A stretch of 64,000 bases of DNA, taken from Bdellovibrionota bacterium (GTDB lineage: Bacteria > Bdellovibrionota_C > UBA2361 > JBGSMV01). The notes beneath the pieces were generated by a model. It did not search any database and was not told the origin of the DNA. It saw nothing but the letters and a program-made list of their open reading frames with translations. This document shows, one piece after another, positions 39,055 through 48,382 of this stretch. The stretch spans positions 64,001 to 128,000 of the forward strand of contig JBGSMV010000029.1 in assembly GCA_041739995.1 (NCBI GenBank), read 5' to 3'. Within the stretch, counting starts at the first letter, position 1; the number at the start of each line of letters is the position of its first letter. A program made the translations under genes and the position numbers.

Positions 39055-40467
39055 GTGGGGAATGCAGCAAAATCTTACGGTGAGGAGACGAACCAGGTGC
39101 GTCTCGGCGAACTCTTATCTACCGACTTAATCAGTCAACTTGGTACAGTGCAGCTTGGTACAGTGCAACCTGGTGCAGTGCAGCGTGGTGCAGTGCAGAA
39201 GTCCACCTCGACTCGGCTGGTACCGCAGGAAGCGATTAAAAACGCACAAGCCATTCTAAAGAAAACAGCGATACCAAACGCTTCACATGAGTTATGGCGA
39301 CAGACTGCCCCTGATCTTTTCCCGCTGGAGGCATTGCTTCAGGCCGAGTCCGTTGAAAGTCGTGTTGAGCCGTTCGGCAAGAATGGTCCTGTTGGCAGTG
39401 TTAACGTTGGCCGTGTTAATGTTGGCAGTGCTCCCGTTGAGGAATCAGAACTGTTGCCATTGCCGCCAGGGGTAGAGTGGAGTCAGGACGCCAAGGCTTC
39501 TGATGAGTTACTGCGTGATGTGTTTGGACCACAGTCTTCTGATCTTGATACGGATGCGATTGCTCAGTTTGTTGCGTGCACCTCGCGAGCGGGTGGTATT
39601 CTGCGGGTTAAGGCCGGTACGAAGCTTGCCGTACCTTTGCGAATGCTTCAGTGGTTTGGCACTGAGAGACAAACCACCCAATCTCGCGCTGGAGCACCAG
39701 TGTTTGTGGTTTCGGTCGAGTCCGGAGCTTCTTGCACGCTACTCGAAGATCTCGATAGTTCTGTGTTTGGCGAGAGTTCTGGGGGGAACTTCTATGCCCC
39801 GCGTGTCGAGGTAGTAGTCGCCGAGAAAGCCCGCTGTGAATTCGTGTCGGTACAGCGACTTCCTACTGACGTTGCTTATTTGGGACGCCATCGCTTTCAT
39901 TTGATGAAAGATGCGGAGCTCAGATCGGTGCACATGTCAGTTGGTGCCAGCGTGTCGCGCCTTGATTTAGACTGTAAGCTCTATGAGACAGGGGCTCACG
40001 CAGACCTGTACTCGCTTTATCTTGCCAACGGCGAAAGACACGTAGATCTCCACACTACTCAGCGGCATTTAGCACCGCACTGTAGGTCAAATCTTTATTG
40101 CAAGGGTGCGGCTACGGACGAGGCGCGCGCGGTGTACTTTGGCTTCATTCGAGTGGCCGAGCACGCTCAGAAAACTGATGCGTATCAGAAGAATAGAAAT
40201 CTGTTGCTTTCAGATTCGGCACGCGCGGATGCAATCCCAAATCTTGAGATTCTCGCAAACGATGTGAAGTGTTCGCATGGCGCATCGGTGGGGCAGGTAG
40301 GGACCGAGGAGCTATTTTACCTGATGTCTCGCGGAATATCTCGAGCTGAGGCGGAGCGTATACTAGTCCAGGCTTTCTTTGAGGACCTGGTCGGCAAGAT
40401 TGAGAACCCGTTCGTCAAGTCGTATGTCGAGGAAGTAGTGTCGGGCATATTTGCAACGGTGGTGTGA
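39055..40467 (+). CDS. sufD: Fe-S cluster assembly protein SufD
   Basis: AQKTDAYQ..RNLLLS, PNLEILANDVKCSHGASVG, LFYLMSRG. Confidence 0.9.
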   Translation: MGNAAKSYGEETNQVRLGELLSTDLISQLGTVQLGTVQPGAVQRGAVQKSTSTRLVPQEAIKNAQAILKKTAIPNASHELWRQTAPDLFPLEALLQAESVESRVEPFGKNGPVGSVNVGRVNVGSAPVEESELLPLPPGVEWSQDAKASDELLRDVFGPQSSDLDTDAIAQFVACTSRAGGILRVKAGTKLAVPLRMLQWFGTERQTTQSRAGAPVFVVSVESGASCTLLEDLDSSVFGESSGGNFYAPRVEVVVAEKARCEFVSVQRLPTDVAYLGRHRFHLMKDAELRSVHMSVGASVSRLDLDCKLYETGAHADLYSLYLANGERHVDLHTTQRHLAPHCRSNLYCKGAATDEARAVYFGFIRVAEHAQKTDAYQKNRNLLLSDSARADAIPNLEILANDVKCSHGASVGQVGTEELFYLMSRGISRAEAERILVQAFFEDLVGKIENPFVKSYVEEVVSGIFATVV

Positions 40468-40484
40468 CAGGGAAGCCTCAACAG

Positions 40485-40602
40485 CTAGAGAGGATCTAAA
40501 AAGCGAAATCTTAGTGGTGCAAACAAACTCTAGAAATGGGTCTAGATTTGGTTCAACCACGAAGACCACAAAGGTAGAAGAACGGGTTTTCCGGTTCCCT
40601 AG
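40485..40602 (-). mobile_element. Family B element, copy 2 (reverse orientation, degenerate)
   Basis: CTAG at both ends; reverse complement aligns with 36269-36403 (CTTTGTG..GTGGTT..TAGAGT..TTTGCACCA..CTAAGATTT). Confidence 0.7.
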
Positions 40603-40649
40603 TAGCCGGATAAAGGGAAGACAAATTTCAGTTCTAAAGGGATGGCAGA

Positions 40650-40964
40650 GTGGTGACAGAGATTGACGTTTTGGACGACAAGGATCTTCCTAATGGTCAG
40701 ATGAAGGCCGTCAAGGCTGGCGCGAAGCAAGTGGTGCTGTGCCGCAGCAATAGCGGTGAGGTTCACGCCTTAGAGGATCGATGTAGTCATGCCGAGGTGA
40801 AGCTTTCGCGGGGACTTTTCGATGGAAAGGAAGTCACGTGCGTTGCCCATGGTGCTCGATTTGACGCTCAGACGGGGAAGGCGCTTTGTATGCCGGCCGT
40901 TACTGGAGTAAAATCTTTCCCAGTGCGTGTGGTCGAAGGGCGAATATTAGTGACGGTCTCTTAG
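40650..40964 (+). CDS. Rieske [2Fe-2S] ferredoxin
   Basis: CSH...CVAHGARFD. Confidence 0.9.
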   Translation: MVTEIDVLDDKDLPNGQMKAVKAGAKQVVLCRSNSGEVHALEDRCSHAEVKLSRGLFDGKEVTCVAHGARFDAQTGKALCMPAVTGVKSFPVRVVEGRILVTVS

Positions 40965-41041
40965 GGGGGTTGAAGGCTTTCTGCGGTGGGACTTTCTATC
41001 CTCTGGTGATTTTTGGGTGATTCTTAGGTGATAGTGCTTCC

Positions 41042-41515
41042 ATGCAACTCGACGATCTCTATCAAGAGGTGATTCTCGACCACTACAAGCGACCGCGATG
41101 TCAGGGTTGTCTTACCGCTTCCAATGCGCAAGCCTTGCTCTTCAATCCGCTCTGCGGAGATCAAATTCAACTCACTATTGCAACTTCGTCAGGTGACCCA
41201 GCGGATATGGCGGGCATGACCCAGTTGGCAAATATCGGATTCTCTGGGCACGGCTGCTCTATTAGCCAGGCGTCGGCGTCGATGATGGCTGAGCTTTGCA
41301 AGGGTAAATCATTCCCTGAGGTGAGTAAGCTTATAGGCGAGTTTCGAGAGCTCATGCGAGGAGAGAAGACGGCGGAACAGGTGCCTGACTTAGGCGATGC
41401 GGTAGCGCTTGAGGGAGTCCGGAAGTTTTCAGCCCGAGTGAAGTGCGCAATGCTTGCATGGGAAGCGTTAGAAAAGTGCTTGGAACAGGCCGAAGCCAGC
41501 GGCTCAAAAGCTTAA
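41042..41515 (+). CDS. sufU: SUF-system NifU-family protein SufU
   Basis: LYQEVILDHY, NPLCGD, GCSISQASAS, RVKCAMLAW. Confidence 0.93.
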   Translation: MQLDDLYQEVILDHYKRPRCQGCLTASNAQALLFNPLCGDQIQLTIATSSGDPADMAGMTQLANIGFSGHGCSISQASASMMAELCKGKSFPEVSKLIGEFRELMRGEKTAEQVPDLGDAVALEGVRKFSARVKCAMLAWEALEKCLEQAEASGSKA

Positions 41516-41533
41516 TCTGTTCAGCTTCCCTGT

Positions 41534-42370
41534 TCAGCTTCCCTGTTCAGCTTTGACGGCTCTCCAGCATGCATCCGAAAGTTCGTCTGCTACTTTGCTT
41601 GGAGGGACTGAATTATATCCATCGAGCCAATCTCTGACGTAAGCTAGCGGAATTCCAAACACGGCACTCCAGAGTAAATTCGCTCTGAGTTTTCTAATTT
41701 TTCCATCGCGAATTCCTTGTTTGAACGTCTTCGTGAGCGTGCGGCCGAGTCTGTCGAAGCCAACCATGGTCGGATGCTTGATAATTCCGCTCATAAATTC
41801 ATTGTGGCGGCACAGCCATATATACTTCGAGAGCTGGTGGTTCATTTCAGAAAAGCCAAGGAATGACCGAACCACGGTCCTGACTTGATCCGAGACATCA
41901 TCTTTCGGGTTTATCGATTCTTCCAGCGCTTTGCGGAACGCGCGAATGCCTTCGTCATACAATGCGGTGGCAACTTCTTCCTTGTTCTTGAAGGTGTGGT
42001 AAATCGACCCGACGCTACATTTACTGACGCGGCTTAAATCAGGCACATTCGTATTGAAGTAACCTTGTTCAACAAAGAGCTTCAAAGCTGCTGCCAATAT
42101 GCGCTGGCGCGGAGTGAAGGAACTTACGTCCGGGCGTTCAAGTTCTACGCGGGTCAGACCAGTTGGGTTGGAGCGGCTCTCAGAATTGCGTCCTCCATGA
42201 GCTGCTCCATGAGCTGCTCCATGAGCTCCTCCATGAGCTCCTCCATGAGACTGAGTGGTGGAAGGAGACGAGCCCGATGTGGGCTTCTCAACGGGCTCTG
42301 CAGTGAGGCCGACTGTAAGTCCGGCGATTGTGCTCTTTGGATCAGTGCTTGTCACAGATGTTTCCGCCAA
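41534..42370 (-). CDS. TetR/AcrR family regulator with Ser/Thr and His-Gly-Ala repeat N-terminal extension; start uncertain
   Basis: RQRILAAALKLFVEQGY..T....GSIYHTFKNKEE. Confidence 0.85.
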   Translation of the reverse strand: MAETSVTSTDPKSTIAGLTVGLTAEPVEKPTSGSSPSTTQSHGGAHGGAHGAAHGAAHGGRNSESRSNPTGLTRVELERPDVSSFTPRQRILAAALKLFVEQGYFNTNVPDLSRVSKCSVGSIYHTFKNKEEVATALYDEGIRAFRKALEESINPKDDVSDQVRTVVRSFLGFSEMNHQLSKYIWLCRHNEFMSGIIKHPTMVGFDRLGRTLTKTFKQGIRDGKIRKLRANLLWSAVFGIPLAYVRDWLDGYNSVPPSKVADELSDACWRAVKAEQGS

Positions 42371-42446
42371 CGGTCATTCTTGAACTCTTAATACGGAGTA
42401 TCCCATGCCTACCCCCGATAGAGTAGAGCTTACTAAGCGCGCAAAT

Positions 42447-42483
42447 ACCTAAGGGTTGCCTGAGACCTAAGGGTTGCCTGAGA
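42447..42483. repeat. 18-nt perfect tandem duplication upstream of the TetR gene
   Basis: ACCTAAGGGTTGCCTGAG x2. Confidence 0.8.
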
Positions 42484-42770
42484 GTGGACAGGGCTCAAAA
42501 CTACATGTTTGGCCAGCTTCCAGATGCAAGGTGCCCCTTCATCGCGCTCTTGAAAATAGCGTCATACACTTAGAATCGGCAAGGGTCGACACTTGCGTAT
42601 TGGGACGCTTCGCTTGAGGAGGATTGAGGACATGCTCTCTGCATGGGGATGTAGCGCGCATTCATCGTGGTGCTTAAACCAAGCTTGCCTTACCTCGCCC
42701 ATTTGAGGGCGAGTACACATCGCTCAAACAGGCAATGTATGCGGGCAACGTATGATCGCGCAGCAGTCCC

Positions 42771-43418
42771 CTACAGGGAAATCAGCTTACTTTGAATCGC
42801 AAGCTTGACGAGCTCAGCATTGGTCTTCACGTTGAGCTTCTTAAGAATATTGCTACGGTGCGTGTCGACGGTTCGGGTGCTGATGTGCAGCATTTTTCCG
42901 ATCGTTCGATTTGGCTTGCCGTCAGCAAGGTGTGTAAGAATCTCGATTTCGCGCTTTGTGAGCACCGCAAGTGGATTTGGGCCATTCACTGAGGGGACGC
43001 CGTCGGGCTGCATCAGCGCAGTCGTCACCGATGGGCTCAAATACGTATTCCCACTCAACACAGAGCTAATGGCAAACTCCAGCTCTTCGATCTTTGCGTT
43101 CTTCGGCAGAAAGCCTTTGGCTCCAGCTTGTAGTGCCGCCCTGACATTTTGTGGGCTCTCGTCGGCAGAGAAGACCAGAATCGGTAGCTGGTAGTTGGAG
43201 ATTCTCAACTGCTCGATGGCTTTTAGTCCATCAAGCTTTGGCATCTCAACGTCCACCACAAGTACATCTGGTACGTTGTTTTTAACCATTTGTAGCAATT
43301 CCTCACCGTCGGAGGCTTGCCCGATCACCGCAAATTTTCCCCGCCCTTGCAACATTTCACAGAGGGCTTGACGAAGGACCACGTGGTCATCGGCAAGAAG
43401 TAGTTTCACCGTATCCAT
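42771..43418 (-). CDS. NarL/FixJ-family response regulator (REC plus LuxR HTH)
   Basis: LADDH, VVDVEMP..DG, LTKRE.EIL, TVDTHRSNILKKL. Confidence 0.93.
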   Translation of the reverse strand: MDTVKLLLADDHVVLRQALCEMLQGRGKFAVIGQASDGEELLQMVKNNVPDVLVVDVEMPKLDGLKAIEQLRISNYQLPILVFSADESPQNVRAALQAGAKGFLPKNAKIEELEFAISSVLSGNTYLSPSVTTALMQPDGVPSVNGPNPLAVLTKREIEILTHLADGKPNRTIGKMLHISTRTVDTHRSNILKKLNVKTNAELVKLAIQSKLISL

Positions 43419-43695
43419 ACCACCTCACTTATTTAAACCTTTAGAAAAACATCTCTCATCGCTTCAAGTCGCAAGGCCCAGAGCGCAATGCGCGGAGAGA
43501 ACAATACCTCTGTTGGCGCTCCCTCTCAGGGAACTAATACGTCAATCTCGTACGATTTCTTTAGGCTTTCTCTCAGAAGAAATTTGCTTAATTGAAAATC
43601 GTAGTGAAGCGGAGAATAATCACTGTGAAATCAACAAGATAGAAAGACCTGGGGATAGTGCTGAAACGAGGGCAGGACTCGGGGCAGTCTGGGAT

Positions 43696-43833
43696 CGAGG
43701 GTCCTGAGTTAACGGTTCGATGAATAATTCTCGCAGTGCTCGCTGATCTCTTTGTGAATATATTTAGTTGAACAATGAGTTCAGCACGAACAGCGAGAAA
43801 AATACTTCAATGAACGTCGACTCAGCATGCGAG
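43696..43833 (+). mobile_element. Family A element, copy 3 (ends decayed to CGAG)
   Basis: GTCCTGAGTTAAC...ACAATGAGTTCAGC...ACTCAGCA aligns with copy 2. Confidence 0.8.
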
Positions 43834-43862
43834 GAGTCTGTGACACAGGCACAGACTCCTAG
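43830..43862. repeat. Family D mini-hairpin, copy 1
   Basis: AGGAGTCTGTG-acacagg-CACAGACTCCT-AG; right CTAG holds the stop of the adjacent minus-strand gene. Confidence 0.75.
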
Positions 43863-44380
43863 CGCCGCTGCAGGCTGGCCTCGCGAAATTCTTCAATAAG
43901 CTTTGCCAGCTCCAGAGGTGAGAGAACTCCCGATATGGTGAGTTCTGCCCCGTCCGTTCCCGCAGAATCAAGTAATACGTTTCCAAAGTTAAATAGCCGG
44001 CCCGGAATTGTCTGCTCAACCTGGACAGCCCTGATGTCTGTATACTTGAGCGAGGGGACGCTGGAGTTCAAGGAGAGCCGTCCTTCGTAGTGATTAATTT
44101 TCTCGAGCCCAAACACGTACAGATCGTCGTGATATCGACGCAAAATCTCGAGCAACACCACTGCGGGGACTAATGAAATCCAGCGCATGCTAAGGCCCCC
44201 AATTACCGGCAGCGACTGTGGTAGCCCACTTTCGGGGAAAGCGATCAGCAGCGCAACGACAGCGGCGATGCTTAGTACCAGAATAGAAATTGGGACCAAA
44301 TTAGAGCGAAACGCTCTTCTCGTTTCAAATAGATTGGCCGGGTCTGCTCCCTGGGTAAGCGTTTCCAACTTCGGGTACAT
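43859..44380 (-). CDS. Membrane protein with bacterial PH (bPH_2/DUF304-like) domain
   Basis: Two TM helices, then DIRAVQVEQTIPGRLFNFGNV...SAG. Confidence 0.75.
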   Translation of the reverse strand: MYPKLETLTQGADPANLFETRRAFRSNLVPISILVLSIAAVVALLIAFPESGLPQSLPVIGGLSMRWISLVPAVVLLEILRRYHDDLYVFGLEKINHYEGRLSLNSSVPSLKYTDIRAVQVEQTIPGRLFNFGNVLLDSAGTDGAELTISGVLSPLELAKLIEEFREASLQRR

Positions 44381-44502
44381 CTTGAAACACCGTATGTAGA
44401 GTTTTCTTCTTGCCCTATATCGCTTGCCAGCGAACTAAATTTGGCCCCTGGTGACTGCGCAAAGAGGGCCCTTCACTCAAAATCGCCGATCTTGGCCTCA
44501 CT

Positions 44503-44518
44503 CGGCAAGCGACTTGCA
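44503..44518 (+). promoter_or_regulatory. Candidate sigma54 (-24/-12) promoter of the flgF operon
   Basis: CGGCAAGCGACTTGCA, GG-N10-GC spacing. Confidence 0.5.
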
Positions 44519-44646
44519 ATGTAACAGCTCGAGGAGAATTCGAACATGTATATTCGGGGACTTAGCCTGTCTGACGTGACAACGGACTGACAGCAGCCCG
44601 AACGACGTGTTGGATTGTTGACGCTTAACGAGGCGAAGGAACGCAC

Positions 44647-45666
44647 ATGGCAGAGGTTTCTTGGTTCGGAATTTTAATTGATGTGGGCTTACTGTGTTCG
44701 CTGGTGGTGTTTGGCCTGCGAATGGTGAGAAGCAGCGGCCCTAAGGTGAACTTAGGTCGTATGGCCGAGCTTGAAGCGAGCTTGCGGGCTCTTCTCGGCG
44801 AAGCCGACTCGGCCAGCCGTGCCCTTAACGACCAACTGGTTCGGAGACAGAAAGACTTGGAGAAGCTCCTCTTTGATCTTGAAGGATCGAATGGGCGCCT
44901 CAATCGGCAAATCACTGCTGCTGACGAGGTACGTGGACAGTTGGAGATCCACATGGCGCGCGCGACTGCCGCTATGCGCGCGCTCGAAACTTCTGTCACC
45001 CCTCATAGTCGGACTTCGGATATGGCAAATCAGAGCTCCGTGCTCCCGCTTGCCTCGAGCATAGAGAGTAGCATGGCGGCTTCTGCGTCGGTCACCGAGG
45101 TCTCACGACGAGTAGCGACACATCGAGGTGCTGAGTTTCCTTCGGTTGAAGTGGAGCCACCGAGTTTTCAATCGGTGCAAACCGCAGCTAGTGCGGTGAA
45201 ACTGCCGCTCGGTGCGGTGGTAGAACGGCGAGTGGAGACACCGCGCCCATCCTTGCGCGACCAAATTGAGCGAGAAGTTTTTGCTCCTGAAAACGTTGAG
45301 TCGCCCAAGAGCCCACGACGCCGCTCAGCGGTCGAACGGGCGCTTGCGCATCAGCGTGGAGCAGAGCCTAGGAATTCGATACATGCTGACCGAGACGTAG
45401 TGTCCGAAGCCAGAACGCATGCGCGCAGACTTGGTGAAAACGAGTTGTTAACTCGAGAGGATCGGCGCCAAGAACTTCCGCTGCAAAAGCTACTCTCGCA
45501 GAGCAGCGCAATCGTGGAAAACGAGGAAGCCCAAGATCCAACGGGGGATGACGAGGACAAGTCTTCGGTACTTACGGCGGAAGAGGCAGCTCTTGCTAAC
45601 CCAGAGGACCCAAGATTGGGAGTTTTAAGCGGTGCCCCGATACGACGACAGGTTCAAGTCTTGTAG
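44647..45666 (+). CDS. Flagellar-cluster membrane-anchored coiled-coil protein (DUF2802/DUF6115-like position)
   Basis: N-terminal TM, coiled coil, disordered tail; 11 nt upstream of flgF. Confidence 0.6.
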   Translation: MAEVSWFGILIDVGLLCSLVVFGLRMVRSSGPKVNLGRMAELEASLRALLGEADSASRALNDQLVRRQKDLEKLLFDLEGSNGRLNRQITAADEVRGQLEIHMARATAAMRALETSVTPHSRTSDMANQSSVLPLASSIESSMAASASVTEVSRRVATHRGAEFPSVEVEPPSFQSVQTAASAVKLPLGAVVERRVETPRPSLRDQIEREVFAPENVESPKSPRRRSAVERALAHQRGAEPRNSIHADRDVVSEARTHARRLGENELLTREDRRQELPLQKLLSQSSAIVENEEAQDPTGDDEDKSSVLTAEEAALANPEDPRLGVLSGAPIRRQVQVL

Positions 45667-45677
45667 GAAGAAGATAG

Positions 45678-46439
45678 ATGGATAGAGGAACGTACGCAGC
45701 AGCATCCGGCGGACTCATGCAGTTTCGCAAGCTCGAAGTGGTTACGAATAACCTTGCAAACGTGAACTCGCCTGGATTCAAGCGCCAAGCACTGCAAGGA
45801 GAAGTGCAAACCTTTGATCAGACCCTGGCGAGCATTGCGGGAGCAGCGGATCCCTTTGCGAAGGGCGACCATGATCGCGTTCCTGGTGTGGTGGATATCG
45901 ATACCGTCACCGATTTTTCGGTGGGGGCGATTCGGGCGACAGGCAATCCTTTGGATGTTGCCCTTCGTAATGCGAACGATTTCTTTGTAGTCCAAACCCC
46001 AGAGGGCACTCGCTACACGCGTGCCGGAAATTTTTCACTTGCAGCCGGAGGGCAGCTGGTGACTGCGGACGGTCTCGAGGTCCAAGGTGACGGTGGCCCC
46101 ATTTCGGTGGGCGAAGGAAAAGTTGAAATCGGACCTGATGGAGGTGTGCTCGTTGATGGAGTCGCCGCGGGGAGACTTCAGGTTGCGCGCTTTGATGAAA
46201 TGCAGGGACTTGAGCGCGTAGGCGGAAATCTATTTGCGCAAGGCAGCGCGAGAGCGCCCACAGATACGGACCCCGACGTGGTTCCGCAATCGTTGGAGAT
46301 GTCCAATGTGAGCACCATTTCTGCGGTGGTTGACCTCATGACCGCGAGTCGAGGGTTCCAGATGTATACAAAAACGGCAGAGACGTTAGACCAAATGAAC
46401 CAAACAGCGATTAACCAATATGGACGGAGAGTTCGGTAG
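45678..46439 (+). CDS. flgF: Flagellar basal-body rod protein FlgF
   Basis: NNLANVNSPGFK, TGNPLDVAL, YTRAGNF, LEMSNV; precedes flgG. Confidence 0.9.
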   Translation: MDRGTYAAASGGLMQFRKLEVVTNNLANVNSPGFKRQALQGEVQTFDQTLASIAGAADPFAKGDHDRVPGVVDIDTVTDFSVGAIRATGNPLDVALRNANDFFVVQTPEGTRYTRAGNFSLAAGGQLVTADGLEVQGDGGPISVGEGKVEIGPDGGVLVDGVAAGRLQVARFDEMQGLERVGGNLFAQGSARAPTDTDPDVVPQSLEMSNVSTISAVVDLMTASRGFQMYTKTAETLDQMNQTAINQYGRRVR

Positions 46440-46506
46440 TCGGTAGTGCGTTGAAGGTGTGGTGCAGTGACGGTTGAGTCAGGCACTGATTTATTGAGGG
46501 TTACAT

Positions 46507-47301
46507 ATGATTAGAGCGCTTTACACATCAGCTACTGGCATGAACGCGCAGGAAACGAACATAGACGTTATCGCAAATAATCTTGCGAACGTGAACACCA
46601 CTGGATTTAAAAAGAGCCGCGCAGATTTCCAAGACCTCATATATCAACAGATAGTTGAGCCCGGCGCGCAGACGTCTTCTGGGGGAACGCAAACCCCCAG
46701 CGGTATTCAAATCGGTCTTGGTGTGCGCAACTCGGCCGTGCAGCGTATCTTTGAACAGGGAGATTTAGTCAATACTGGAAACCAGCTGGATGTGGCGATT
46801 CAAGGCGAGGGGTTCTTTCGTGTCCAGGTGCCGGGATCTGCGCAGGACTCCTTTTCTCGCGCGGGAAATTTTCAGCTCAATCAAAATGGAGAAATGGTTA
46901 CGACCGATGGCTATTTGGTGCAGCCGACCATTACGGTGGGCGACGATGTGCTCTCGATCACTATTACTGAAGACGGTACTGTAAACGGTCGAGTACAAGG
47001 ACAGTCTACCCTCTCAAACCTTGGACAGATTGAAGCGGTGCGCTTTCCTAACCCAGCGGGACTACGTGCGCTTGGGCGGAATCTCTTTGAAGAGTCAGAC
47101 GCGTCTGGAACCGCAATCACGGGAAATTTCGCCAACGATGGTGTGGGTAGGCTGCAGCAAGGGTTTCTTGAGGGCAGTAACGTCAGTGTGGTTGAGCAAG
47201 TAGTGAATATGATCACGGCGCAACGAGCCTATGAGGCGGCCTCGAAGGGGATAACAACTGCAGATGAAATGGTTGGTCAAGCAATACAGTTGAAACGATA
47301 G
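46507..47301 (+). CDS. flgG: Flagellar basal-body rod protein FlgG
   Basis: MIRALYTSATGM.AQ, ANNLANVNTTGFKKSRADFQDL, QGFLEGSNV, AQRAYE. Confidence 0.95.
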   Translation: MIRALYTSATGMNAQETNIDVIANNLANVNTTGFKKSRADFQDLIYQQIVEPGAQTSSGGTQTPSGIQIGLGVRNSAVQRIFEQGDLVNTGNQLDVAIQGEGFFRVQVPGSAQDSFSRAGNFQLNQNGEMVTTDGYLVQPTITVGDDVLSITITEDGTVNGRVQGQSTLSNLGQIEAVRFPNPAGLRALGRNLFEESDASGTAITGNFANDGVGRLQQGFLEGSNVSVVEQVVNMITAQRAYEAASKGITTADEMVGQAIQLKR

Positions 47302-47311
47302 GTAGGTCAGA

Positions 47312-48382
47312 ATGAGTATCAGAGGCATCGCAGCGGCGCTCAGTTTTTGTTTGTGTGGGTACTGCCCCGAAGTATCGGCGCAACGCGCATCATTCATTCC
47401 GGTGGTTCAGCAAGAGGTGCGGGAAGCTTTGGGGAGAGCGGGGGAAGGCTCTGAGCGTATTGCGGGAAATTTTCGCATGGTTGTGCGTGGCAAAGAGTTG
47501 GCTACGGTAGTTTTGCCGCAAGTAAGAATCTCGGACCTTGCGGACGTGAGCTCGTCATATCCTGGTGATGATGAGCTAGTCATCGCCATAAAAAACGCGG
47601 TACTTGGTGCGAGCCCCTCCATTGGCGAAGAGGCTACATTTACCGCAGCTCAGGTGCTCGACGTTGTTCGAGAGGTGACGCGCGGGAATGATCAAGTCGG
47701 ATATATCTTTCCACGAGTGATGAAGGTCGTACGTGCCTATCGTACGATTGGGGTGGATGAAGTGACGCGTGCCCTTAGTTCTTACCTGCAAGCGAGCGAG
47801 CGTGAGGCCAAAGTGTTGGGAGTCTCCTTGCCCCGTGCTGAGGTAAGAGTGCCTCCGCGCGCTGATATCCGAGATATTACGCCGTTGGCATCAGTCAAAG
47901 GATCTCACTTTGGACAAGGTCCAACTTCATTCCAAGTTAAAGTGCAGGAGCAGGACAAGGTAGTACAAACGTTCAACGTGCAAGCAACCGTTCAGGAGTG
48001 GGGGCAGTTGCCGGTGGCACGTCGAGCGTTGGCGCGTGGAGATGTTGTTGGTGCCTCCGATGTGACGCTTGCTCGAGTGAACCTCAGTACGGCGTCTGGG
48101 GGAATCGCTCAGTCCGTCGACGAGATTATTGGCCAGAAGCTAAGCCAAGATGTCTCAGAAGGCGCACTATTTCGCACGCAACTGATGGTGACGCCGCCGA
48201 TGGTTCGCGTAGGAGAATCAGTCACATTGCTCTATCGCTCAAAGTTACTTGAAGCAAGTGCTTCAGCAACGGCGCTTGAATCGGGAGTCTTTGGAGCGCA
48301 GGTACGAGTGAGAAATGAGACATCTAAGCGGGTAATGCAGGGCACAATTTCTGGGCCTGGAATCGTAGAGGTTCGACAATGA
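47312..48382 (+). CDS. flgA: Flagellar P-ring chaperone FlgA (long form)
   Basis: C-terminal SAF/FlgA domain (VARRAL.RG, V..G..V, ALESG..G..VRVRN..S). Confidence 0.85.
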   Translation: MSIRGIAAALSFCLCGYCPEVSAQRASFIPVVQQEVREALGRAGEGSERIAGNFRMVVRGKELATVVLPQVRISDLADVSSSYPGDDELVIAIKNAVLGASPSIGEEATFTAAQVLDVVREVTRGNDQVGYIFPRVMKVVRAYRTIGVDEVTRALSSYLQASEREAKVLGVSLPRAEVRVPPRADIRDITPLASVKGSHFGQGPTSFQVKVQEQDKVVQTFNVQATVQEWGQLPVARRALARGDVVGASDVTLARVNLSTASGGIAQSVDEIIGQKLSQDVSEGALFRTQLMVTPPMVRVGESVTLLYRSKLLEASASATALESGVFGAQVRVRNETSKRVMQGTISGPGIVEVRQ

